DNA of 63,991 bases, the filler included, from Trypethelium eluteriae (taxonomy: Eukaryota): NCBI GenBank assembly GCA_051942245.1. It is 3 parts of 3 records of this genome, joined end to end, with 100 filler letters (N's around TTAATTAATTAA, not from the genome) between each part and the next. Parts side by side here need not be neighbours in the genome. Positions count along the whole stretch, not along the records: positions 23,561 to 46,997 come from JAVECL010000419.1; positions 47,098 to 63,991 come from JAVECL010000607.1; 1 more part is not named here. One strand, written 5' to 3'. Shown piece by piece: positions 35,197 through 47,572 of the stretch (position 1 is its first letter; each line of letters starts with the position of its first letter). The translations under genes and the position numbers were made by a program. The notes below the pieces were generated by a model. The model had not been told where the DNA came from, did not search any database, and saw only the letters and a program-made list of their open reading frames with translations.

Positions 35197-37768
35197 ATGG
35201 CTTGCAACTTTATCTCTGTTGGTGGGAATAGACATCCTGCCGCCGCAGACTGGGACCACGAAAGTGACTTGCTCGCTTTTGGGGCGGATAACAACATCGC
35301 ACTTTGGAATCCATTAGTATGTTGAAGGCGACGACTCAACAATTTCGCACTTCATACTTCACTGCACGCGCTAAAAATTCTCTCGTCAGGATCCACTCTT
35401 TAGGGGGGTACATCGCCTTTTATCCGGTCATACCGAAGTGGTGAACGTTGTGAAGTTCTTTCCTACTGGGAAGAAAAATTTTAGCATTTTACTCAGTGGA
35501 GGAATAGATAAGACTATCAGAATCTGGTGTAGTGATACTCAGTCTCCTGCAAACTTCAGGGAGGAAAAGGTAATAAGTGATCATTCAAGTGCCATAAATA
35601 CCATCGCTGTCTATTCTGAAAGAAGCCTCTTTATTTCGGGTTCTGCAGATGCGACAGTCAAGGTCTGGCAATTGAACCATCTTAGTCCTGGTCATCAATC
35701 TTCCGCAGATCAAAGTTCGGTTGAGTGCAATGTTGAACTTCTCCAGACTATCGACATTCAGCCGAGATTTCTGCCGTTAGCTCTCGCGATTTCGAAGGTT
35801 CCCGGATCAAGTTCTGCCATACTTGCTGTGGCTGGCACAAGGTCATTGATACAAATCTATGTATCTGCTGGCGACGTCTTCAAGTTTTCAGCTTCTTTGA
35901 CCGGACACGAAGGATGGATTCGATCATTGTCTTTTGTACAGGAGTCTACGGACATTGGCACAGACATTCTTCTTGCTTCGGCTAGTCAAGACAAGTTTGT
36001 TCGACTCTGGCGGCTACACCAAGGAGAAGAGCTTCCGATAGCATCCAGTGCCGCCGGTGACCCCGCTCTAGGAGCGCTTGGTAAATCATTGTCCAATAAA
36101 GCGCATCGTTTCGAGACTCAAGGGCTCAGATATTCTTTGACGTTCGAGGCGCTACTACTGGGACATGAAGACTGGATATATTCTGCAGGCTGGTGCCCGC
36201 AGGCGGAAAAACCGCAATTGCTAACAGCTTCTGCGGACAACTCCCTTGCTATTTGGGAGCCTGATCCTCATTCCGGCATCTGGATTTGTACCTCTCGACT
36301 TGGTGAGATAAGTGCGCAGAAAGGCGCTACGACTGCTACAGGGAGTACAGGGGGGTTCTGGGCCGGCCTGTGGTCTCCAAAGGGTGACATTGTTGTCAGT
36401 ATAGGCCGTACTGGAAGTTGGCGATTGTGGAAATCTATCGGCGAACAAGGCGACTGGAGGCCTGGTGTATCAATAAGCGGACACATTAAAAGAGTTCAGG
36501 ATCTTGCTTGGTCAAGGGACGGTTCATTCTTACTTTCTACTGGCTCGGATCAGACCACAAGATTATTCGCAGAATGGATTCATGATGACATCAGGTCATG
36601 GCATGAATTCTCGAGACCGCAGATCCACGGATACGATCTGAATTGCATTGACACTACAAGCAGTACACAGTTCATTTCTGGTGCAGACGAAAAGCTGCTC
36701 CGAGTCTTTGACGAACCCAAGGCTGTAGCAAGCCTTCTAGGTCGGGCTTGTGGAGTGGAAAATTCCACCAACGGGCTTTCGCTTGAGGCAGCTAACATTC
36801 CCGTTCTTGGGCTCTCGAATAAGGCAGTTGAGATCGTTGGCGAGAGACCCTCGGATCCACTCATCAATGGCGATGCTGATGGTAGACAAGCTGAAGATCC
36901 AGCATCTGTTGTCTACAAATCAACGCTGGACTTTGACCATGCTCCACTCGAAGATCACCTTTCCCGACACATGTTATGGCCCGAAACGGAGAAGCTATAT
37001 GGCCATGGCTACGAGATATCAACCGTCGCAGCAAGCCAGAACGGGGACTTAGTAGCGACTGCATGTAAGTCGAGCTCCGAAGACCATGCCGTCATCCGTC
37101 TCTATGAGACCAAAGATTGGAGGGAGGTCAAGCCTGCGCTTAGGGCTCATTCGCTCACTGTCACAAGCCTCGCCTTCTCTTCTGATGATCGCTTCATTCT
37201 AAGTACTGGTAGAGACCGAAAGTGGACCATCTTCGAGCGCAATTCGGACAACGCCTTTGAATATGGACAGATTACATGCGATCCAAAGGGTCATTCCAGA
37301 ATGATTCTGGCTGGCAGTTGGGCACCGGCGGAATTTGGCTATATTTTTGTAACCGCCGGGCGTGACAAATCCGTCAAAATCTGGTCACTCGACATATCGG
37401 AAGAGCCCAAGGTTACTTGCAAGGCCACCATCTCTGCTACATCCCCCGTCACTGCTGTGCAATTTCATCAAACACTGCTAAGCCAAGAAGACCCAGCTGT
37501 AGCGCTTGCTTATGGCACAGAAGAGGGAAAGATCGGGATTCATAAAGTGACCGAGAACTTTGAAGTCTCTGAGCTAGTGCAAATATCGCCTGGATTTCTG
37601 CCTTCGAAAGCCATCAACCAGGTCCGCTGGCGACCCGGACTGCAAGAGCAAGAAGGTCACACCATCCATTCTCATCTAGCGGTAGCTAGTGATGATTGCT
37701 CTGTTCGATTATATACGTTCATCAACATCTGGTCGACTTTCGATCATAACAGGTGCCAGCGGGTCTGA
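35197..37768 (+). CDS. ELP2: Elongator complex subunit 2 (WD40)
   Basis: MACNFISVGGNRHPAAADW, FEALLLGHEDWI, WHEFSRPQIHGYDLNC, LWPETEKLYGHGYE; intron at about 35318-35389. Confidence 0.96.
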
Positions 37769-38345
37769 AAATCGACCGGTCAATTTTTGCTCTTCTTGCA
37801 AGAAGCTAGGCGTTGCAGATTTGGTTCGGAGACGATGAGCGACCCTTCGAGATACCCGCAGTCCAACTTCGCCATAGAGAAATGGCCGATCTCAACATTT
37901 GGGGATAATATATCACCGAAATGACGATCGATAAGACCCGGAGAGCGCCAGGTAGCTTTCCGACAACGTGAGATTTTGTGGAGGAGGGGCACGAGAAGAT
38001 TCCTAGCGAGATAGGTCCGGGAGAGGATGATGAACGAGCATTCAGCTACCTCCGTTGGAATATCGCTCCAGCACCATGCAATTGTGGCAACGACGCGAAA
38101 ACACACGCGCGCTCATTCCTTAGGCCATCTATCGCCGCGCAGTGGGTTCGAGATCCTGCGGAATAGGAAAAGCCCACGGAATCTCCAAAACCAGGCCTCA
38201 GCGCAGGCGCGGATTTCTAGCTCTAGCTCCAGAAGAGTAGCCGAGGCTGTCACAAGCGTCGTGGATGCTGTTGCATTGTAAGAGTTATCGTGGCGGCACC
38301 TGCCAGATGGTCGCTTTTTGCAGCGAGGAAGCAATACCTCGTTCA

Positions 38346-38921
38346 CTAATCTACTTCCTGCAAACCGTTGCGATATTTTTTGATCGTAGGGAATAAGGCT
38401 CCAGACGGCCGTTTCAGTCCAGCTACAACTTTCCCCCTGATTAGTGCCAGTGGGAGAGGTCCAAATATGCGTGAATCGCGCGACCACTTTAGGTTGTCCC
38501 CGGCAACGTAGCAGTGCCCTTCAGGTACCTTTATCTGATTAGTATTATGCTTTCATTTGACTTGTATTGTCTTCCCACGTACCTGTAGCATCTCCTCTTC
38601 TCCATATATACCGGCCCCAGGTGTGTTCCTTAGCACAAAGTCCCCGGGCATGCCAACCACGCGTTTCACAGATCGTCCCATCGATTCGGCCAGTACCGGA
38701 TGTTTGAAGCTGACCATATCCCCTACTTGTACACCTCGGCCTCGCCGATACTTCTTTGACATAATAAGAAATTCCCCAGAAGAGTCCATAGTCGGCATCA
38801 TGGATACACCGTACGCGTCACCTGTATCGTAGGCGTACGTCAAAAAGAGGTGCCCGATGAGGAGGAATTGGGTGCCATATAAGAGGCCGGAGCCGATTTC
38901 GCGCGCCTTCCTTCCAAACAT
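38346..38921 (-). CDS. IMP1: Mitochondrial inner membrane peptidase subunit 1 (S26)
   Basis: GVSMMPT (catalytic Ser), VKRVVGMPGD (Lys), intron, then VPEGHCYVAGDNLKWSRDSRIFGPLPLALIRGK. Confidence 0.9.
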
Positions 38922-39256
38922 GAGGAGCTCGTCGGTGTTCACATCACCTTTCGGTAGGTCGTTGATGCGAGAGGATGGAATGGCTTCGGGGAAAACTCCG
39001 TTCCGCGCTCACTTCCGACAATGCGTCGCGTCGCGTCATCTGCACTACGCTGAACACCTTTGCATCACAGCCTCTAACAAATCTTGTGGACAATTTGTAG
39101 AGACCAGGCTTACATTGATCTGTTGTAGCGCCTGGCCGGAGGTCTGTTCACCCCAGCGATACCTCAATCGATATAATCACCCTACGTATGATGTGGTATC
39201 CAATCTCGAAACATTTCCACAACCTCTAAGCCATTTCATGCACCTTTTTATCCACA

Positions 39257-40507
39257 ATGGATCATAAAGATACCCTGTCTGAATACGAAGGTATTGACCG
39301 TGCCATAGCTGAGCTCATGGTCTCCTATCATGAGTTGAATGGTTCCAGCATTGAGGAGCTGAGAGAAGATCCGAGCCCTCTTGAATTCATGCGTTACGTC
39401 GCTCAGAATAAACCATTTGTCATTCGCGGAGGCGCTGAGAACTGGCCGGCATGCCAGAAGTGGGATGTCCCATATCTGAAGCAATCAGTCGGTGATAGAA
39501 TGGTGACGATTGCGTCGACAATAGAAGGGTAAGCTGTTCGCCTCCAACGCTACGGTTCAACTTTGACCCCTTGAAGATAAGATTTTTGACTGCTAGCAAT
39601 GTAAAAGGAGAGCCGACGCTGCGAGCGTTCGAGATGATCAGAACGTCTTCATCAGACCAGCTTATACTGAGGAGCGATTTGATGAGGCGATGGCGTACAT
39701 TGGCGAACAAGAGCTGCGGAGAAGACGGCCGAGTGATACCCAAAAGGATCTTTCTCACTGTACGTACGCAGTGAAATGATTTCAACCCAATTGCTAGATC
39801 CATGTTTCTCGACCGCTCTTGCTAAAGTGGCATACTCAGATTCGATTGTCAAGTATTTGCAAGCACGTTCGTCACTTCGCGCCATATTGGCATCACCAAG
39901 CTAACGATACCCAGAAAACGATAGTCTGAGAACAGAGTATGGAGAGATTATGAGTGATGTGCCTTCATCAATACCATTCGCCCGTATAGCGCTACAGCGG
40001 CAGCCTGATGCTGTCAATTTCTGGTTAGGCAATTCTAGCTCTGTGACTCAACTACACAAAGACAACTATGAGAATATTTATGCAACCATCCTGGGCCAAA
40101 AGCACTTCGTTTTGTTGCCGCCAGTGGACGCCGCCGCTGTTTCGGAAAAGCTCTGCATAACCGCAGACTACTATTATTCTGGAACTGCAGCGACAGACGA
40201 GGCGAAGCTCTCACTCCAGTACAATAAGGCAGAGGAGAGGATTCCATTTCCTATATGGGACCCTGATGTCCCTGACGAGCAAGTTACAAAGTTCTCCAAG
40301 TTTGCAGTTCCGATGAGGGTCACGTTGAACGAAGGAGACATACTGTACCTTCCAGCACAATGGTTTCACAAAGTTTCGCAAAGCTGCAATGTCGAGGGTG
40401 TTTGCTGTGCAGTGAATTACTGGTATGACATGGAGTTTTCGGGCGCATTTCATTCTGCCATGAGTTTCATACGGAACGTTGCAGACTCGGCTACTCAGAC
40501 TAAATGA
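39257..40507 (+). CDS. JmjC/cupin hydroxylase, JMJD7-like
   Basis: PSPLEFMRYVAQNKPFVIRG, QNDSLRTEY, DAVNFWLG..SVTQLHKDNYENIY, GDILYLPAQWFHKVSQ, AVNYWYDM; three introns. The first junction is anomalous (see findings). Confidence 0.85.
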
Positions 40508-41475
40508 TGCTCGTTAAAAAGAATCTTTATAATCTTCATTTACGTACGAAGGCTGGAGCATTTCCTTCCCCTGCTCTCGGAACACTATCGAAGCACTCGT
40601 CGATGCTAGCTTATGCTGATCCTCCTCGGCCAGCCAGGATGGCTCGCGGTTCAGCCTCATTATCATCATGAGCAATCGTCATGAACATCAGTTCAATGAG
40701 AGACCTTGTCAAGAAGGATCTTAACCCGCAACGGTGGACGGAAATTGCCCCACTCAGCTTGTTTATCTGTGGTGAGATATGTCACTAAGTCTTCAAGAAA
40801 GCTTTAGAACTTGGGATATTCACGGAATGAACAATTTTTCGACATCTGTAGCAGTTCGCATCGCCTTGCATAGTGCGCCGACTAACGATTTCTACTGCCT
40901 TAACAAGAAGTTGCTCAATAGCTCAACTTGATTTAAATTGAATTAGTTCAAGTTAGTAATTCTGTATAACGGACATCCGAAGCCCTTCCCCTTTGTGAAG
41001 TGGGGTGTGTACGAACGGACCAAGGATTGATCCTATCATCCAACCAATATATAGTCGCGGGTTCACCTAACCTTTTCCGGTCTTAGAATGCCTGGAGGAT
41101 TGACAGGAAGAGCATAGGCTCTGCAATCTTCGCGCGACTTCGTGTTATACTGAATAGCAAGAGGGATGTTTTGTCGAATACCATGATTCAGCGATGCACG
41201 CTTCAGGCAGCTGAATACGATAGGTCTTGAGTCACACACGGCACTCCGAAATCTTACCCCGGGGACATTTGATACTTGAGGCTTTAGAGTGCTCAAAGAC
41301 TCCCATGGTTGCGTCTTGCAAAGCCGACTGATACACAATACAGAATACTTCGTCTTCAGAATTTCGTCTCCGGACAAAGGTACCTCTGCAAAGTGTCCAT
41401 CTCTTGGGCCACGGCCTATTTTCTTTCCTCTGCGGGATCATCACAGACAGTCAACCCTTTCTCTTCATAAACTCC

Positions 41476-42057
41476 ATGTCACCTCTAACCTCACCTTCAC
41501 CACCTTTCCCGCCCCCCTCCATCGTGACCCTCCCCAACGGCATCACCATCCGCCCGTACCATTCCACCGCCGACATCGCCCCGTCCGCCCACCATGCCAA
41601 CAACCCGCACATCGCCCAATGGATGACAAACTCTTTCCCACATCCATACACAGTCGAGTCGGCTCAGAACTGGATCTCTTCTCTCAAACTATCTGAAGCG
41701 CGCCAAATGAATTTCGTTATCGCCAAGGACGATGCACTTATCGGGGGCATCGGTCTCAAGCCTATGACCGACATCTACGCGAGCACGATGGTAATCGGCT
41801 ATTGGATTGGAGAGGAGTTTTGGGGTCAGGGTATCGGAAAGCAAGCGGTGAAGGCTTTCACGAGCTGGACGTTGCAGGAGTTTCCGGAGGTGGAGAGGAT
41901 CGAAGCGGAGGTGAACGACGGGAATGTGGGGAGCGAAAAGGTGTTGTTGGCGTCGGGATATGCCTTGGAAGCGAGATTGAGAAAGCGAGTCTGTAAGAAC
42001 GGTGTATTTCACGATGTTAAGTTCTTTGCGATTCTCAGAGAGGACTGGCAGACGTGA
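41476..42057 (+). CDS. GNAT N-acetyltransferase (RimJ/RimL type)
   Basis: FPHPYT, IGGIGL, IGYWIGEEFWGQGIG (acetyl-CoA motif A), N.GSEKVL..GY. Confidence 0.88.
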   Translation: MSPLTSPSPPFPPPSIVTLPNGITIRPYHSTADIAPSAHHANNPHIAQWMTNSFPHPYTVESAQNWISSLKLSEARQMNFVIAKDDALIGGIGLKPMTDIYASTMVIGYWIGEEFWGQGIGKQAVKAFTSWTLQEFPEVERIEAEVNDGNVGSEKVLLASGYALEARLRKRVCKNGVFHDVKFFAILREDWQT

Positions 42058-42496
42058 GTTGATGAGTCGTCTGGTGCACCTCTCACGATTTCAGAAACAC
42101 CTTTAACGCTATAGTCTCACAGCTGTAAGTACCTGGGTAGTTCTCTCAACTCTTGAGTATTTAGCACTACGGACTGTTGTCTATAACTCCGATGACATAG
42201 CTTCGAAGTAGGCACAAGGTACAAATGATAGAGGCTTACGTCACAGAGTAGTAAGCATCGGAATTACTGGCTGCATCTTGGACTAAAGTCTACATCTTAG
42301 GAAGTAGCCACGGGACTGAATCCCAGATATCTATCACTTGATACGCTCTAGAAGATACAAGGTAGAAAGCTACCTTGTAATAGATATAGTTGTTGAGACA
42401 ATTGATAGATCTGTCTGATCATGCCTTACACTTGCTCTATCTGGAGTTCGAACGCGACAGTATAGAGAGAAGAAGCACAGCTGAAGGACAGATTCC

Positions 42497-44251
42497 CTAG
42501 CAGTCGCTCTCCTTCGCCAAAATATCCCAGCCCAGTAATTTCCATAACTCTCTCGTGTACCATGTGGACACCTCTTGCTCTCCAAGTACGGGCGGGTGAA
42601 CAAGCGCCGGAGGCTTTCCTGGTATCTTTAAGCAGTCAGAAAAATCCTTATCAGTGTCTTTCTGAGGGCCGAAGATTGCGTTGACAAGAGTTTGTTGAAG
42701 GCGTTCCTTTGCATACATTGAAAGTATCGGTTGCGTTCTGGTGATAGATTCCTTGCCTGTAGAGCCAGGCTTCTTCGAGGGACGGGATATCGTTGATCTT
42801 CGCGGAGTTGCTAAGGAAGGATCCCCAAGGTGTCGGGCTGCTACACTCATAGCTCGCTCGAAGATGTTGAGGAGATAAGGTGCTTCCATTTCCATGACCT
42901 TTCGGAATTTTTTATCTTGCGCAGAATCCTTGCTTGGTGAAAGGTCATCTTCAATGGTGTCCGCTCGCAGCCTCCCAAAGGTGAAGAGGTACAAGCCTTT
43001 TCCCAGTCGGTCCAACAATGCGAACATGAACCCCTCGAATAACTCCCGATGGGATACTGAATCTGGGTCAAGAGCCATGACCGCATGCGTCAGGAAGTTC
43101 GAAAGTGACCTTGGTATCTTGTCATTCCACGGTGATCTCTTATTAGAGCTGGAACGTCGAGTTGCTCGGGCCTGCGATGGAGGGCTTTCCCAAGGCGAGT
43201 CAAGTCGAGCGATAACCTGGGAGATCAAATTCAAGATACCATGGAACATGTGGGCTGTGTTGTAGACAACAGCACCCAGAATGCTCTTATCTGGTTCCAT
43301 TGCTGCTAGTTCTGTAAGTCCACGCAGGACTAAATTGTAGGCCCTGGCTGCTGCGTGGAAAACGGCATCAAATTTGTCTTCCTGCGTTGAGTCGGAGAAA
43401 GTGGGAGATTTGGAGGGTTTCCGTGCTTGTCTTGATCCAGGAGTTTTAGATACCTCTAATCCGACGCAGCACTCATCGCACAAATGCTGCAAAAGGGAGT
43501 TGATGGAAGCTGAGGCCCGATTGAGATGGTAAGCTGTGGCGGAAGGGTTTCGGGTCGAGCTCTTATACAGCTTTTGGATTTCCCACGTGCTTTCAATGAT
43601 TACCTGACCTGCTGATTATGAACCAAATTTGCTCTCAGGGATTGAATTATGTTCGTTTGAACGCACCATCAGTTCTGACATCCAAAGCATCAAAATCCTC
43701 TCCCATCGCATCGTCGAACACTGCATCTTGTGAAATTTTGGGCGATCCAACTGTTTTTGCTTTCTTTGCTGACTTTTTTGTAGTCTTTTCTTCCGTCTCG
43801 CTCCGATTGCGCTTGGTTGTTGAGTGGGATGGCGCATACACATTCTGGCCGGTAGATGGGATTTTGGTTGCCACTCCTTTCACATCGCCCAATTTCTCCT
43901 CAAGGCGGGCATTTCGTCTTTCAAGTGAAATTGCATGATTTCGAAGATCCTGGTTTTGGGTCTCTAAAAGCGTGCATTGATCTTGCCAGTAATTGGCCCC
44001 ATCAAGTCTTTGACGACCTCTTTTGGAGCTATCTCGTCCTGCTAAAATAGACTTCCGTAACTGTTCTATGTATTCTGTGAGAAATCAGCATTGATCCCGG
44101 TCTGAGAGGACACTACTGTAACGGTAAAGTGACCTCTCACAGGACAGCCAATCGGCTTTGAGCGGAGAATAGTGAGGGCTAGAACAAGTTGTAGTTTTGT
44201 AGGGTACGAAGGCGTGTTCTTCCCACTATTTACGGCAGAGGTAAGAGCCAT
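42497..44251 (-). CDS. Conserved fungal hypothetical protein, multi-exon
   Basis: Exon 1 MALTSAVN...LALTILRSKP, intermediate exons, and a 331-aa terminal ORF (LFEGFMFALLDRLG, RLQQTLVNAIFG, ELWKLLGWDIL). Confidence 0.7.
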
Positions 44252-44557
44252 GTTCGTGCAGTGACTGGGGAATGAGGAAGTGATCAAAGGCCAAGAGCAT
44301 GTGTGCCCTGACTAAGCAGCGACACCCAAGGTGGGAAGGAGCATCATCGTCACTTTACTATCCTCTCGTGCCTCTGTAGAAATGCTGCACTGTGACTTGA
44401 TAATAAGGTATGCACTGGGAAGAGAGGACAAATCATGACCTTGGGATATCTTTTGCCAATCGAAAAAGCGGCATTTTGTAGCAAGCGCTATGCAAAGAAG
44501 AACGGTCCATCGACGCTGATGTTGACTACCAGAGAGTAGCCCTCAAAAGCCAATCTA

Positions 44558-45893
44558 CTACCTGAAACGTGACCCATCCTTTCTCTTATATGGCATCGGT
44601 TCAATCCTCTTTCTCTTGAACTCAATATCAGCACCCTCAACTCCTGCTCTGTGCATCACGCCTGCGGTCCCCTCATCCCACTGAGTTCTGAACAAGCCAA
44701 CACCTGTTGGTGCTAGACGGTGTCGGGTTGCGAACCCCCTCAAATAAAAGCCATCTCTTTGTGCCGCTTTTGAATTTGCGACCTCCAAGTCGACTCGTTC
44801 CAAGCCAGGCTGTTGGAGCACAAATACTGCAAGCCGATGATACGGAGTGCCCTTCTGTGCAAAAGGCGGTAGCCACGAATGAACAACTTGACTCTCCTGA
44901 TCTAAGTCTGCTAGCTTGACCATTGGAGAGGTCGGCGATATCCTGACGTTACATGCAAGAAAGTGGCAACGATGTTTGAATGTGTCTTCCTCTGCCACAG
45001 GAACATCCGGGTCTACAACTGCGATTGTCACTAATCTCTCGCCCCTATCAAAGGGCTGGATCTTCAATATGGGAGCCTCTTCGCTTAAGGTAGACTCTAC
45101 GAAGTCACCAGGATGCGCTGTTTTCCCACGGAACGAAATGCTTAGGTCGATGACAGGGTCGATGTGTGGTAGTAGATCCGGCACAACGTTCATTTGAGTA
45201 ATACGCTGCATAATGAGGAGACGACGGTAGGACCGCCATTTGCGGTCAGCGAGGTGGCGGTAGACAGGCTTGCTCATGTCACCTGCAAAGTATCTGGTCA
45301 GTTCTCGGCCCGAATTGTTCGATACTTCGTGGAGAATAAGCCGTACCTTTGCCATCCTCAAATATTTTCTTGACCATAGGGTCATTGATGTCTGCCTGTA
45401 CCTTGAGATATTCCACATGCTTCCTCATGCTTTGTAGTCTCAATTGCTTCTGGGCAGGTGTCCCTGGAAAGGGTTCTTGTGCTTCCAGTCGTGCGATTCG
45501 TTGCCGTTCGACATCAATCAGCCTGACTTTCTCCTCACGATCGGCCTGTAGTACTTTGCGAGCTTCTTGAAAGCACTGATATGGTAACTGCTCGAAGGGG
45601 ACGTTTCCACCGACAGCCGCAGCTGCACGCCGTCGGCGTGAGCCTATTGGCATTACACCGCTTTTAAATAACTCTGCTTCTCCCTTCTTGTCATAAGTAC
45701 GCTCAGGGTCGAGATTTGGAGGGCTTGGAGGCGGCGCAGAGGTTTGCAGTAGGCTAGGTTCTTGAACATCTTGGGATAATGGTGGTCGAGAAGAGAAAGG
45801 ACGAGAAGTCAATGGTTTTGCAACTCGCGATGTCAGAAATGAGCATCGCAAACAATTGAATGATGGAACTAGCGCTCCTTGCTTGGATGGCAT
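44558..45893 (-). CDS. MRPL35: Mitochondrial large-subunit ribosomal protein mL38 (PEBP-like)
   Basis: PIGSRRRRAA, PFEQLPYQCFQEARK, FEDGK|GDMSKPVYRHLA, VVPDLL, VDPDVP, PYHRL; one intron. Confidence 0.93.
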
Positions 45894-46172
45894 TCTCAGC
45901 TGCGGTGTGATCGAGTTTGGGAAAAGTAGGAAGATGAAGCTGCAAGATTCTGGCTCATGCGAATAGGCCAGAAGATCCTATTAATTAACAGAATATTGAC
46001 CGTTGACCTGCTGTTCAAGTAAGCCTCATACGAGGATAGCAGAGTCGCGATCCCTGGTCAACTGCTCTGTGAAAGTGGGACTAGATAGGTCTCATAGCAG
46101 TGTAAAAGGGCGTGCAGGGGAAGGTCGGGAGTTACGCGATTATTTTTCTGCCCTGGACCTCCCATCCTCAAG

Positions 46173-46248
46173 CCTCCGCTAAACCTCCGCTAAACCTCCG
46201 CATCTTCAAGTGTCCACATCTTCGAGTGTCCGCCTCTTCAAGTGTCCG
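46173..46248 (+). repeat. Compound short tandem repeats (11-mer x2.6, then 16-mer x3)
   Basis: cctccgctaaa repeats followed by catcttcaagtgtcca / catcttcgagtgtccg / cctcttcaagtgtccg. Confidence 0.85.
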
Positions 46249-46274
46249 AGAAAGAAACCATTCAGGCATTCGAG

Positions 46275-46997
46275 ATGGCCTCGAAACGACTTGCGAGCCA
46301 CGTCGAAAGACTATCATTACAGTGCGCCGCTTCGAAAAGCTCCCATCAGCCATTAACAGTACGGATCCGCCTGTCTTTCTTACCTCCAGTCCAACTGACA
46401 TTTCCAGCAAACCCTTCGACCAACTCTAACCCGATCAATGGCTACGGAAGCTCCGTTGACTACCTCTGCAAATCTGCTTGAAGCTTACGCTACCGCCCAC
46501 ATCTCCTCCAACTCCCGAATACCTTCCATCCTCGCCACATCACCTTCACCACCCTCACACGTTTCTCCCCCAACCGTCCTCACAACGCTCTACTCCTTCC
46601 CGCACCTCGAACCCATCCGTTTCGCCCCCTACCCTTCCTCGCACCTCGCGCTCCCCCTCCGGCGCGACCTCCTGCACCGCGCCATCATCTTCGAAGGCGA
46701 CCGCTCCCGCCAAGGCACCGGCTCCACGAAGCACCGCTCCGAAGTGCACGGCTCCGGGCGCAAGATCCGGCCGCAGAAGGGGATGGGCAGGGCACGGCTG
46801 GGCGACAAGAAGAGCCCGATGCTGCGGGGTGGCGGACGAGCGTTTCCGAAGAAGCCGCGGAACTTCGAGTCCGGCTTGCCGCGGAAGATATACGACTTGG
46901 CGTTTCGCACGGCGCTGAGCTGGCGGTGGAGGAAGGGCGAGTTGGTGGTGGTGGAGGGGCAGGTGATGTTGGAGGATTCGAGGGAGGGGTATATAAG
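46275..46997 (+). CDS. YML6: Mitochondrial ribosomal protein uL4m, 3' end lost in the gap
   Basis: Presequence MASKRLASH..., intron, then LPLRRDLLHRAIIFEGDRSRQGT..K.RSEVHGSGRKIRPQKG.GRARLG. Confidence 0.92.
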
Positions 46998-47097
46998 NNN
47001 NNNNNNNNNNNNNNNNNNNNNNNNNNNNNNNNNNNNNNNNNTTAATTAATTAANNNNNNNNNNNNNNNNNNNNNNNNNNNNNNNNNNNNNNNNNNNN
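46998..47097. other. Assembly spacer: N44-TTAATTAATTAA-N44
   Basis: Exactly 100 nt; linker at 47042-47053. Confidence 0.97.
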
Positions 47098-47572
47098 CAC
47101 TCCTCGGCGCCTTGTGCAACTGCACCGCCTGAATGCCACCAACACAGCACTGCTCCGCGCGCACGGTGTTATTCGTCTCGAACATCGCATCGAGCACTCT
47201 CTTCGCGAACGCCAGCTCCTCCGGCGAGTACGTCGTCGCGAGCTGCGCCGCGGGGTCGCCCGACGCATTTACCAGCGCGTAGACGCGCTCGTTGTTGCTG
47301 GCCGCGGGGTCACCATTGCGGTCGGAGGATATCCGGGTTTGCGGTCGGGTGCTGCGGATTTCGAGGTCGAAGGGGGAGAGCGCCGAGTTCAGGGCGTGGA
47401 TGTAGGCGAGGAGCTCTTCGTTCGTGATGTCGTTGGTGGGGACGGGTCGGTCGGGGTCGTGGGCTGTGAGGATGGCGGCGAGGATGGGACGGGCGGTGGA
47501 GAGGGTGAGGGTGGAGTGGGAGAGGAAGGCTTGGAGGAAGGCGCGGTGGGTGTTGTTGTAGTCGCTAGTCAT
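47098..47572 (-). CDS. NSE1: Smc5/6 complex non-SMC element 1, N-terminal part (3' end lost in the gap)
   Basis: YNNTHRAFLQAF, LSPFDLEIRST, VYALVN..DP..QLATTY...ELAF.KRVLDAMFETNN. Confidence 0.88.

Noticed and set aside
16294..47572. Apparent genome-maintenance cluster (SMC2, ORC4, LIG4, NSE1)
   Set aside because: Spread over 30 kb and three contigs among unrelated genes; consistent with chance.
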